A stretch of DNA of 50,859 nucleotides from Dokdonella sp. GTDB lineage: Bacteria > Pseudomonadota > Gammaproteobacteria > Xanthomonadales > Rhodanobacteraceae. Made by a program: the position numbers and the translations under genes. Position 1 is the stretch's first letter. Each line of letters begins with the position of its first letter. The notes beneath the pieces are model-generated. The model was not told the origin of the DNA and ran no database searches. It saw only the letters and a program-made list of their open reading frames with translations. Location of the stretch: assembly GCF_049593775.1 (NCBI RefSeq), contig NZ_JBAWHJ010000124.1, positions 1 to 50,859 on the forward strand, given 5' to 3'. This document shows positions 38,374-47,556 of this stretch, piece by piece.

Positions 38374-39168
38374 ATGACCGACCGCAGCACCCGCAATGCG
38401 CTCGCGCTGGCAGGCGCCAGCGTCATCGTCACGCGTCCCGCCGCAACTGCTGCCGCACTGGTACGCGGCGCCCGCGTGCGCGGTGCCCATGTAGTCCGGC
38501 TGCCCGGCATGCGCTTGTGCGCGATCGACGAACCTGCGGTTGCGCAAGCCCGGCTTGACCAGGCACGCAAGGCTGACACCTGGATCTTCACGAGCCCGAC
38601 AGCCGTATTGTTCGGCCTTTCGCTGCTGGGTCTGGAAGGCATTCCGAAGAATGTCCGCATGTGCGCGGTCGGTGCCGGCACAGCTCGTGCACTCGCTCGC
38701 AATGGCATCGAGTCAATTGCACCGGCTCACCTGCACAACAGCCAGGGTTTGCTGGACGAGCCTGCATTGGCGCATGTTGACGGTCGACACATCGTGCTTG
38801 TCGAAGCGCCGGGTGGTCGGGACCTGCTGGACCATACCCTGAGTAACCGCGGTGCAAGGATCGAGCGCATTGCGGTTTACCGCCGCGTGCCGCCAAACCT
38901 CAGCTCGCGCTACCTGAACGCATTGCGCAGCGCCGAGCGTCCATGGATCACCTTGCTTTCCAGCAGCCTGGCACTGTCGAACCTGCTTGATGCCCTTCCG
39001 GCTGATCTGTCGGTTCGCTGGCGCAAGGAGGCGCTGGTGGTAAGTAGCGGAAGGCTGATGGAGCAGGCGAGGGAGCGCGGATTCACCGATGTGCACGAAG
39101 CAGGATCTGCCCTGCCTCGCGACTTGTTGAGCTCTGCCTGTTCGGTGCTCGGCCGCCACCGACTTTAA
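38374..39168 (+). CDS. hemD: Uroporphyrinogen-III synthase
   Basis: VTRP, IFTSPTAV, VGAGTA, GGRDLL, VYRR; followed by hemX and hemY. Confidence 0.88.
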   Translation: MTDRSTRNALALAGASVIVTRPAATAAALVRGARVRGAHVVRLPGMRLCAIDEPAVAQARLDQARKADTWIFTSPTAVLFGLSLLGLEGIPKNVRMCAVGAGTARALARNGIESIAPAHLHNSQGLLDEPALAHVDGRHIVLVEAPGGRDLLDHTLSNRGARIERIAVYRRVPPNLSSRYLNALRSAERPWITLLSSSLALSNLLDALPADLSVRWRKEALVVSSGRLMEQARERGFTDVHEAGSALPRDLLSSACSVLGRHRL

Positions 39169-39283
39169 GCCAAAGCTGGTCGAGTCGCATGACCCGAACG
39201 ACGCCTTTCCGCGCGCATCTCATTGTTGCGTTGCGCAAAAAATCGCTGCCGCGGGCGGGCGTCTTCGGCTAGCATGGACGCCC

Positions 39284-40381
39284 ATGGAAACCGAATCTGC
39301 TGCGAATCTGCCTGCTCCCGACCAACCGGCCAGGGAAAGTGGCGCAAACGCGCCTCCGCGCAAACGCCGAGGTGGGGGCGCCATCGTCCTGCTCATCGTC
39401 CTGCTCATCGTGCTGCTGGCTCTTGGCGCATTGGGCTGGTGGGCATGGGATCGTCAAACCCGCGAGCAGGATTCGATCCGTGAAGACCGTCTGACCGGGC
39501 AGATCGCCGCCCTCGCCAAGGCCAACGACGATTTGCGACGTGATCTGGATGCGTTGCGCGCGCGTTCGACGGATGCCGAATCGATGAATCGCGGCATTCG
39601 TGAAGAAGTGCTCGCTTTCAATGAGCGTTCGCGCGCTCTTGAGGATGCCGTGGCCAATCTGGCCGAGCAGCGCCTCAGCAATCGCGATGCGATGGCCCTC
39701 AACGAGGCCGAGTTCATTCTTCAGTTGGCCGGCGAACGCCTTGCCCTGTTCCGTGACGCCAGCGGCGCCGTGGCAGCTTACCGACTTGCCGACAGTGCCC
39801 TGGCCGCCGCGGAGGATCCGTTGTTCGGGGCAGTTCGCCAGACCATCAGCGCGGAAATGCAGGCGCTGGAAGCCGCTCAACCCATGCAGACGCGCTCCAC
39901 CCTGGACGCACTGGCCGGCCTGCGCGCGAGCATCGCCACGTTGCCACTCAAGACCACTCCCAAAGTCACACCGACCGCGGCCGCGCCCGAGCGATCGCGG
40001 TGGCGCGAAATTCTGGCCCAGTTCGTGCGCGTCAGCCACGACGACGCCGGACCCGCTTTCGATTTGCGCAACGAGACACTGCTGCGCACCCTGATCGCGG
40101 TGGATTTGCGCGCTGCCGAGACCTACCTCTTTGCACGCGACCAGGAAGGCTTCGATGCAGCGCTCGCACGTGCGCGAAGCGGCATGCTGGCCGCACTGGA
40201 TTCCGATGCGCCCGGCGTCAGCGACGCGCTGGCCAGGCTCGACCAGATTGCCACGCTACCGTTGGCGCCTGCCCTGCCCGAACTCGGCACGGCACTGAAT
40301 GAACTGCGCAACCTGCGCACCACGCGCGCCCTGTCCCAGCCAATGCTGGCACCGACACCGCGGGATGGAGAGCTTCAGTGA
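39284..40381 (+). CDS. hemX: HemX-like membrane coiled-coil protein
   Basis: TM, coiled coil, EAEFILQLAGERL; hemD-hemX-hemY synteny. Confidence 0.82.
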   Translation: METESAANLPAPDQPARESGANAPPRKRRGGGAIVLLIVLLIVLLALGALGWWAWDRQTREQDSIREDRLTGQIAALAKANDDLRRDLDALRARSTDAESMNRGIREEVLAFNERSRALEDAVANLAEQRLSNRDAMALNEAEFILQLAGERLALFRDASGAVAAYRLADSALAAAEDPLFGAVRQTISAEMQALEAAQPMQTRSTLDALAGLRASIATLPLKTTPKVTPTAAAPERSRWREILAQFVRVSHDDAGPAFDLRNETLLRTLIAVDLRAAETYLFARDQEGFDAALARARSGMLAALDSDAPGVSDALARLDQIATLPLAPALPELGTALNELRNLRTTRALSQPMLAPTPRDGELQ

Positions 40382-41640
40382 GAGTCTGGGTCGGAATCTT
40401 CCTGCTCCTGCTGATTGCCGCCGCCGCCGCGTTCGGTTGGCAGTGGGTGGTCGAAGATCCCGGTTACGTGCTGGTCCGCTTGCGCGGCACCTCGATCGAA
40501 ACCACGCTCGTATTTGCGGCAGTTGCGCTTCTGGTGCTTTGGGGACTGCTGAGCCTGGCCTGGCGCCTGCTGCGCTGGCCGCTGCACGCCTGGATACGCG
40601 CCAGCAAGCGACGCGCCCGGGAGAACCTGGCCAACGGCCTGGCTGCCTTCGCCGAAGGTCGCTACCAGCAGGCCGAACGCCACCTGGCCAAGGCAGTGAA
40701 GCAGCCGGCCTTGCGTGGTCCGGCCCTGCTGGCCATGGCGCGGGCTGCACATGCGCGTGGCGAAGACGAGCGAGCCTCAAAAGCCCTGGATGAAGCCGCA
40801 CTGGACCTGGAATCAGCGGCGCTTGCCCAGCGCGCCAAGTTTCTGATCGAGCGCGGTCGCCATGCCGATGCACTTGCCCTGCTCCAGCCGCGAGCGACGA
40901 AGGGATCGCTGCCGCCAGTCGGCTGGCAGATGTACATCGAAGCATCATTGTCGGAAGGGGATGCACAGCAGGCACTGGATGCATTGCCGGCACTGGAGAA
41001 GTCTCAGTCGCTGGCTTCCGATGCATTCCTGGCGCTGGAAAGTCGCGTGATGATGGCCGCGCTGGCTACGGCCCCGTCGCAGGCTCGCCTGAACAGCCTC
41101 TGGAACGGGATTGGCCGCAATCGTCGAAAGCAGCCTGCGGTCATCGCCGCATTTGCGCGTCGGGCTGCAAGTTTCGGGCAAACCCTTGCCGCCATGGACG
41201 AAATCGAGTCTGCCCAGCGGCGCGAGTGGAATGATGAACTGGCGCTTTGCTACAGCGATCTGGGTCCGGCCGAAATGACGACGCGGACCCGGCATGCAGA
41301 ATCCTGGTTGCAGATCGCACCAAACAGCACCTGGCTGTTGACCACTCTGGGTCGGCTCTGTCGTGACCAGAAACTGTGGGGCAAGGGCATCCAGTATCTC
41401 GAGCGAGCAGTCGAGATCAATGCTTCTCCGATCGCCTGGGAGACCCTCGGCGATTGTCATGCGGGAGCAGGCAACGAAAGCATGGCCAACCGCTGCTACC
41501 GCAACGCGCTACTCAACATGCGTGGCGAAGCTGCGCTGGCATTGAGCGGACAGGTTCCTTCGGGCGTGGATACCCGGGCGTTGATTTTCGAAGAGCGCGA
41601 TGCCCACGGCATGCCAAGACTGCCGCAAGCCGGTTCCTGA
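40378..41640 (+). CDS. hemY: HemY-family TPR membrane protein
   Basis: DPGYVLV, two TMs, TPR-like helices, LGRLC..LWGK; GTGA overlap with hemX. Confidence 0.85.
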   Translation: MRVWVGIFLLLLIAAAAAFGWQWVVEDPGYVLVRLRGTSIETTLVFAAVALLVLWGLLSLAWRLLRWPLHAWIRASKRRARENLANGLAAFAEGRYQQAERHLAKAVKQPALRGPALLAMARAAHARGEDERASKALDEAALDLESAALAQRAKFLIERGRHADALALLQPRATKGSLPPVGWQMYIEASLSEGDAQQALDALPALEKSQSLASDAFLALESRVMMAALATAPSQARLNSLWNGIGRNRRKQPAVIAAFARRAASFGQTLAAMDEIESAQRREWNDELALCYSDLGPAEMTTRTRHAESWLQIAPNSTWLLTTLGRLCRDQKLWGKGIQYLERAVEINASPIAWETLGDCHAGAGNESMANRCYRNALLNMRGEAALALSGQVPSGVDTRALIFEERDAHGMPRLPQAGS

Positions 41641-41721
41641 GAATCAGGTTTCGAATCGCTGCCGGACGCGGAAGTCCAGGCTCCGCCCTGCAAATCCTCG
41701 TGATTTCGACTTCTCAGTCCG

Positions 41722-42291
41722 TCAGCGCGGCAGGGTCTGCACGGATTCGACCTGGCCATTGACCAGGCGCATGACTCGCAACAGCTGGCTGCGGCCAAAG
41801 TCATAGGTCCATTCTTCGCGACGCTGCTGGCGCCAGTTTTCGAGCCCCGGAGCGGGGCGATAGACGAGACCGTCGCTTGCTGCCCGGCGATGGGCAGGCT
41901 GGCCACATTTGGCGACCAGCTCACCACTGCTCATGCCGGTGAAATTCATGTTTGCACGGCAACTGTCGCCGATCTCGCGTACGCCGTAGCCCAGCGTCTC
42001 GCTTCGCTGCAGGTTGCCGTCCAGAAAGACCAGTCGCTGGATCAGCGCGCGCGGCCCGAAGTTGTAATACCAGACGTTCCACTCCACCTCACGCTGGCTT
42101 TCCAGCGGAGAGTCGCGCCCCACGACATCGACGCCAATCCAGGCTTCCGACCAGTACGGATCACCACAGCGTTCAAGCACCTGGAAATCGCGGTCACCCT
42201 CGGTGACGACACGATTCCCGCAGCGCAGTGCAAACGCGGCAGGACTTGCCAGCATCAGCGACAAGGCAATCAGTGTGCAGAATCGGATCAT
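41722..42291 (-). CDS. DUF2845 family exported protein, two tandem domains
   Basis: Signal peptide; LRCG..CGDP..WYYNFG repeated as SCR..CGQP..WTYDFG. Confidence 0.8.
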   Translation of the reverse strand: MIRFCTLIALSLMLASPAAFALRCGNRVVTEGDRDFQVLERCGDPYWSEAWIGVDVVGRDSPLESQREVEWNVWYYNFGPRALIQRLVFLDGNLQRSETLGYGVREIGDSCRANMNFTGMSSGELVAKCGQPAHRRAASDGLVYRPAPGLENWRQQRREEWTYDFGRSQLLRVMRLVNGQVESVQTLPR

Positions 42292-42404
42292 CTCAAGAAC
42301 TCCGCCAGGGTCATGGGACAGCGCCGTAGGTGACGTGCGGCATCGCTGAATCGTCGCAGCTCCGGCTTGGTATAGTCGCGCACCGCATCCGTTGGAGATT
42401 TCTC

Positions 42405-42845
42405 GTGACGATATGGAAGCAGTCGATCGATCTCGATCGCATCAACGCCTGGAACAGCAACACCCTGGTCGAGTATCTGGGCATGCGGGTTACCGAAGTT
42501 GGCGAGGATTTCGTTCGCGGCACCATGCCGGTCGATAGTCGAACCATACAGCCATTCGGGCTGCTGCATGGCGGTGCCTCGGTGGCATTGGCCGAATCAC
42601 TGGGCAGCCTGGGTGCCAATCTGGTCCTCGAGGCCGGCAAGGAAATGGCCGTCGGTCTCGATATCAATGCCAATCATGTGAGGGCGGCGACCTCCGGACT
42701 GGTGGTCGGCACTGCGCGTCCGCTGCATCTTGGTCGTTCGACCCAGGTCTGGGAAATCCGTATCGAAGACGAGGAGCAGAACCTGATCTGCATGTCTCGG
42801 CTGACCATGGCCGTAGTGCCACGCCGCACGCCCAAGGCGGTTTGA
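42405..42845 (+). CDS. Hotdog-fold thioesterase (YdiI/MenI-like)
   Basis: QPFGLLHGGASVALAES, GLDINANH, GRSTQVW; GGAG before GTG. Confidence 0.88.
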   Translation: MTIWKQSIDLDRINAWNSNTLVEYLGMRVTEVGEDFVRGTMPVDSRTIQPFGLLHGGASVALAESLGSLGANLVLEAGKEMAVGLDINANHVRAATSGLVVGTARPLHLGRSTQVWEIRIEDEEQNLICMSRLTMAVVPRRTPKAV

Positions 42846-42849
42846 ACCG

Positions 42850-43815
42850 GTGATCGACAGCGAAGCCCCGTATGCCAACCTCAGCCCCGACCTGATCCTC
42901 GACGCGGTGGCTGATGCCGGCTACGAACCCGATGGACGCATGCTCGCGATGGGCAGTTACGAGAATCGCGTCTATCAGGTTGGCATCGAGGACACGACAC
43001 CGCTCATCGTCAAGTTCTATCGACCAGGGCGATGGAGCGACGCGGCTATCGACGAGGAGCATCAGTTTGCGCTGGAGCTCTTTGCCGCAGAATTGCCCGT
43101 CGTTGCACCACTCGTCATCGATGGGCGAACCCTGCTCGAGTTCGAGGAGTTCCGTTTCAGTCTCTACCCGCGCCAGGGCGGCCGCTCGCCCGAGCTGGAA
43201 TCACGCGACAACCTGGAGTGGATGGGACGCCTGCTTGCGCGCATCCACGGCGTCGGCTCACGAGGCGCGTTCGGCGAACGCGGGCACATCGACCTGGATA
43301 CCTTCGTGCACGAACCTGCGGATGCGGTACTCGATTCGGAGCTGCTACCCGCGACCTTGCACCAACGCTACCGCGAACTGACCCTGGAACTCGGTGACTT
43401 GCTCGAGGAACGTTTCGAAGCGGTCGGCCCGGTCCGACAGATCCGCCTGCATGGCGATTGCCATCGCGGCAACGTACTGTGGACTGATGCCGGCCCGCAT
43501 TTCGTTGATCTGGATGATGCCCGCATGGGACCCGCCGTACAGGATCTGTGGATGCTCGCGCCCTCGCCGACATCGCTGGACATCCTGCTCGAAGGCTATG
43601 CCGAATTCCGGGAATTCGACTCCACCGAGCTCGCACTGATCGATCCTCTGCGCATCATGCGCCAGGTGCACTGGGCCGGATGGGTCGCAATGCGCTGGCA
43701 TGATTCCGCCTTTCCCATGGCATTCGCCCATGTCGGCGAGGCGCGCTGGTGGGAGGAGCATTGCAACGATCTCGGCGAAGCCATCGATCAGATGGGCGGA
43801 AACGCGCGCTATTGA
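42850..43815 (+). CDS. srkA: Stress response kinase A (YihE/RdoA)
   Basis: SYENRVY, KFYRPGRWS, EEHQF, RLHGDCH.GN, DLDD, QDLWML, RWHDSAFP. Confidence 0.93.
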   Translation: MIDSEAPYANLSPDLILDAVADAGYEPDGRMLAMGSYENRVYQVGIEDTTPLIVKFYRPGRWSDAAIDEEHQFALELFAAELPVVAPLVIDGRTLLEFEEFRFSLYPRQGGRSPELESRDNLEWMGRLLARIHGVGSRGAFGERGHIDLDTFVHEPADAVLDSELLPATLHQRYRELTLELGDLLEERFEAVGPVRQIRLHGDCHRGNVLWTDAGPHFVDLDDARMGPAVQDLWMLAPSPTSLDILLEGYAEFREFDSTELALIDPLRIMRQVHWAGWVAMRWHDSAFPMAFAHVGEARWWEEHCNDLGEAIDQMGGNARY

Positions 43816-44076
43816 CGGCACCATGAGTGTCGCGCGCCCAATGCAGCTCCTGTTGGTGCGCAAGCAACGACGAAGTCACCGCGTTGCTGCCCTGGTGAAC
43901 CGATAGCGCTGCGTCAGCGTCGCGTTTTCCGCTGGTGAGACAGGGATTCCGGCGGGCGCCGTCAGGATATCGGCAGTGCCATTGCAGCGCCGCAAACATC
44001 CGATCTTCTCCTTTAGAGCATTCGGTCAACCGATTTCAGCGAGTATCCTTGTCGCTTCCGGTACGATGGCACCCCG

Positions 44077-44883
44077 ATGAGTTCCGCTGCTGACAGAACC
44101 GACGAGTCACCACTCAGGGATGCCATGCGTCCCTTGCGCTACCTCGTGCGCGGGCCATTGCTCACGCTTCACGTCATATTCGCGCTGCCTCTGGCCGTGA
44201 TTGCGTTGAATCCCTTGCTGGCGAAGATTCCGGTCGGCAACCTGCGATTCGACCAGTTCATGATCAGTTGGTGGTCCGGCACCCTGGTGCGCCTGTTCGG
44301 ATTCCGTATCCGCTCGTTCGGCACACCCCTGCCTGGCGCAGTCATGTATGTCGCCAACCATGTCTCGTGGCTGGATATCGAGCTGATGCACAGCCAGCGC
44401 GCCATCAATTTTGTCGCCAAAAGCGAAATCGCACGCTGGCCGCTGGTCGGCTGGCTGGCGACGCGTGCCGGTACGATCTACCATCAGCGTGGCAGCACCG
44501 ATTCCATGGCGACCGTGATGGGACGCGTGGTCACCCGTCTTCGCAGCGGTGGGCCGGTGGGCATTTTCCCCGAAGGGGGTACCGGAAGTGGCAAGCAGGT
44601 GCGCACCTTCCACGCGCGCATCTTTCAGGCCGCTCTGGATGCCGAGGCTCCCGTGCAACCGGTGGCCCTGCGCTACGGACTGGATGGCAAGCAGGATCCG
44701 TGCGTGCCTTTCGGACCTGGCGAGAGTTTCGCCGCCAATTTCCTGCGCCTGCTTGGCAATCGATCGATGGATGCCGAGGTGCACTTCCTCGAGCCCGTCG
44801 ACGCGACGCCCGAAGCGCGCCGGCGCATGGCCGAGGAAAGTCGGGCCCGCATCGTCAATGCACTCGGTTACGGCGAGCGCTGA
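44077..44883 (+). CDS. Lysophospholipid acyltransferase (PlsC/OlsA family)
   Basis: NHVSWLD (HX4D), FVAKSE, FPEG. Confidence 0.9.
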   Translation: MSSAADRTDESPLRDAMRPLRYLVRGPLLTLHVIFALPLAVIALNPLLAKIPVGNLRFDQFMISWWSGTLVRLFGFRIRSFGTPLPGAVMYVANHVSWLDIELMHSQRAINFVAKSEIARWPLVGWLATRAGTIYHQRGSTDSMATVMGRVVTRLRSGGPVGIFPEGGTGSGKQVRTFHARIFQAALDAEAPVQPVALRYGLDGKQDPCVPFGPGESFAANFLRLLGNRSMDAEVHFLEPVDATPEARRRMAEESRARIVNALGYGER

Positions 44884-44919
44884 TCTTCCTGATCCGGCCA
44901 TGTCCCCCACATCGACACC

Positions 44920-45930
44920 ATGCTCATGAACGCAGCCGACTATCGCCCACCGCGCCTGTTGCGTAATCCGCACGTGCAATCCTTGCTGGCCTCCAGCGGC
45001 GTGCGGCGGTTGCTGAACCGACGCCGCCTTTCGGTGCTGGAGAGCAATGCCAGCGAACACCTGCTCGAATGCGGCGACGGCGTGCGCCTGCAGGGCCTGC
45101 ACACCGCCCAGACTGCACTGCAGAAGCCGCGCGGAATGGTGGTGCTGCTGCATGGCTGGGAGGGCAGTGTGCAATCAAGCTACGTGCTGCACACCGGTTC
45201 CCGCCTGCTGGCGGAAGGCTACGACGTCTTTCGCCTGAATTTTCGCGATCACGGCGATACCCATCATCTCAATCGCGAGCTGTTCCATTCCTGCCGGCTC
45301 GACGAGGTCGTGGGTGCCGTGGGTGCTGTCTCGCGCATGTTTCCGCAACTGCCGCTGGCAATCGCCGGCTTCTCGCTGGGCGGAAACTTTGCCTTGCGCG
45401 TGGCCTTGCGCGCGCCTGATGCGGGCATTCCACTGGCCTATGCGCTGGCTGTTTGCCCTGCCATCAGCCCACGCGATGCCATGGATGCCATCGAGCAGGC
45501 GCCATGGTTTTACGAAGCCTACTTCATGCGCAAGTGGAAGCGTTCGCTGGACATCAAGCAGCGCGCCTTCCCTGGCGAAAAACTGTTCGACGACGGCGAC
45601 TTGCGTGGCAACTTGCGTGAAATGACCCGGTCACTGGTACTTCGCCATACCGGCTTCGCCACGGTCGAGGACTACTTCGACGGCTATTCCATTGCCGGTG
45701 ACCGGCTGTCGACAATGCGTGTTTCGACCAGCGTGCTGACTTCCGAGGATGATCCGATCATCCCGGTCGCCGATTTCCGCAAGCTCGAACTTCCCGCTTG
45801 CGTGGAGCTGGAGATCGCACCCGGCGGAGGCCACTGCGGATTCATTAACGATCTTTCGTTGAGCAGCTGGACCGAGGATTACATCGCCGATCGCATGCAC
45901 CGCAACCTGGCCGTACCGACTGCCGGCTGA
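44920..45930 (+). CDS. YheT-like alpha/beta hydrolase
   Basis: NPHVQS, LHGWEGS, GFSLGG nucleophile, DDPII, GGHCGF. Confidence 0.88.
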   Translation: MLMNAADYRPPRLLRNPHVQSLLASSGVRRLLNRRRLSVLESNASEHLLECGDGVRLQGLHTAQTALQKPRGMVVLLHGWEGSVQSSYVLHTGSRLLAEGYDVFRLNFRDHGDTHHLNRELFHSCRLDEVVGAVGAVSRMFPQLPLAIAGFSLGGNFALRVALRAPDAGIPLAYALAVCPAISPRDAMDAIEQAPWFYEAYFMRKWKRSLDIKQRAFPGEKLFDDGDLRGNLREMTRSLVLRHTGFATVEDYFDGYSIAGDRLSTMRVSTSVLTSEDDPIIPVADFRKLELPACVELEIAPGGGHCGFINDLSLSSWTEDYIADRMHRNLAVPTAG

Positions 45931-45959
45931 AGATGGCCGGCTGGCATTCGATGCCTGCT

Positions 45960-47438
45960 TCAGTCTGCGGGAACGGTCCGCTCGCGAGCCCATTCGCGCA
46001 AGGCGGAAACTCGATCCGCCATCATCACCGACAGGGGTCGGGTCAGGCTTGCTTCCTCAATCAGATGACGGGTAGCGAGTGCGGAATCATCTGCCGCCGC
46101 CGAGTACATCGCGGCAACGACAAGTTGCTCGATCTCGGCTCCCGAGAATCCGTCGCTTGCACCGACGACGACATCCAGTTCGATGTCGCTGGCATCGATC
46201 TCGCGCTTGGCCAGATGGATGCGCAAGACCTCCGCGCGCGATGCGGGATCGGGAAGGTCGACAAAGAAGATTTCATCGAAGCGACCCTTGCGCAGCAGTT
46301 CGGCAGGCAATGCCGACACATCATTGGCGGTCGCCACCAGGAATACCTTGCCCTTGCGTTCGGCCATCCAGGTCAGCAGGTAGCCCAGCACGCGGCGCGA
46401 TACGCCATCGTCGCTGCCTTCAGTCGACAAGGCCTTTTCGATTTCGTCCAGCCATAGCACGCAGGGCGACAACATCTCGGCATTCTTGAGCGCGGCGCGT
46501 AGATTGCGCTCTGTCTCACCGTGATACTTGTTGTACAGGGTACCGATATCCAGGCGTAGCAACGGCACACCGAATCCGCCGGCGACGGCCTTGGCGGCGA
46601 GGCTCTTGCCACACCCCTGCACGCCGAGTAGCAGGATGCCCTTGGGTGGATCGAGCTTGACCTTGAGCTTGCGCCCGACAAAGGCCGGTTCCCGTTGCTG
46701 GATCCAGCGCTTCAGGCGGGTCAGTCCAGCGACTTCGCTGAAGCGCGCCGTCTCGTACTCGAAGTGCAGCAGGTTGTCCCGATCAAGCAACTCGAACTTG
46801 GCCTTGGCCAGGTCGGGCAGGTCGGCGGGTCCCAGCGCGCCATCGGCATAGATCAGCTTGCGCACGATGCGCCGCGCGTCTGCATGAGTCAGGCCCGCGA
46901 GGTTGCGAACGATCGTGCGCGCGGCATCGGCATCGACTTCGACGCGTCGACCGCTATTTTCGCGCGAATAACTGAACGCTTCCTCGCGCAGCAGGGCAGC
47001 CATCGCCTGGGCGTCGGGCAGAGCCATCTGGAAACGTGTGGCGTGTTCGCCCAGATCATCCGGCAGCTCGATCTTCGAACCGACCAGCACCAGCGTGTGC
47101 TCGGCAGATGCCTGGCGCAGCACGATCTCGCGCAGCAGGCGCAAGGTCATCGGGTAGCGCAGATAGGGCTGGAAATCGAGCAACAGGAACACACCGGCTT
47201 CGGTGCGCTGCTTGATCGAAGTGAGGGTCAGGGTGGCATCCGGAATGTTCTGTTCGCCATCGTCATCCATGTCGATACGCCGAAGGCCATCGGTGATGCT
47301 CCAGGTGAACAGGGGTCGCAGCGACTGGGCAATGGCATGGCGAAAGCTTTCGATTACACGGCCTTCCTCGGCCGATTCGATGACCAGAAGCGGCGTTCGC
47401 GCGCGTAGAAGCGTGGTGAGATCCTGATTGCCGCTCAT
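45960..47438 (-). CDS. Ycf46-like AAA+ ATPase
   Basis: Degenerate N-terminal AAA-like module; Walker A GVQGCGKS, Walker [23 protein letters not shown]; ends [10 protein letters not shown]. Confidence 0.88.
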   Translation of the reverse strand: MSGNQDLTTLLRARTPLLVIESAEEGRVIESFRHAIAQSLRPLFTWSITDGLRRIDMDDDGEQNIPDATLTLTSIKQRTEAGVFLLLDFQPYLRYPMTLRLLREIVLRQASAEHTLVLVGSKIELPDDLGEHATRFQMALPDAQAMAALLREEAFSYSRENSGRRVEVDADAARTIVRNLAGLTHADARRIVRKLIYADGALGPADLPDLAKAKFELLDRDNLLHFEYETARFSEVAGLTRLKRWIQQREPAFVGRKLKVKLDPPKGILLLGVQGCGKSLAAKAVAGGFGVPLLRLDIGTLYNKYHGETERNLRAALKNAEMLSPCVLWLDEIEKALSTEGSDDGVSRRVLGYLLTWMAERKGKVFLVATANDVSALPAELLRKGRFDEIFFVDLPDPASRAEVLRIHLAKREIDASDIELDVVVGASDGFSGAEIEQLVVAAMYSAAADDSALATRHLIEEASLTRPLSVMMADRVSALREWARERTVPAD

Positions 47439-47556
47439 TGAACTCCGGTCCCCGGCGGCCATGCAACATGGCCAAAAATGCAAGGCGCGAAAGCCTAACA
47501 TGACGGCATGCGGCATAATGGGGGATTCACGAGCGCCCCGATAGGCGCCACAACCA

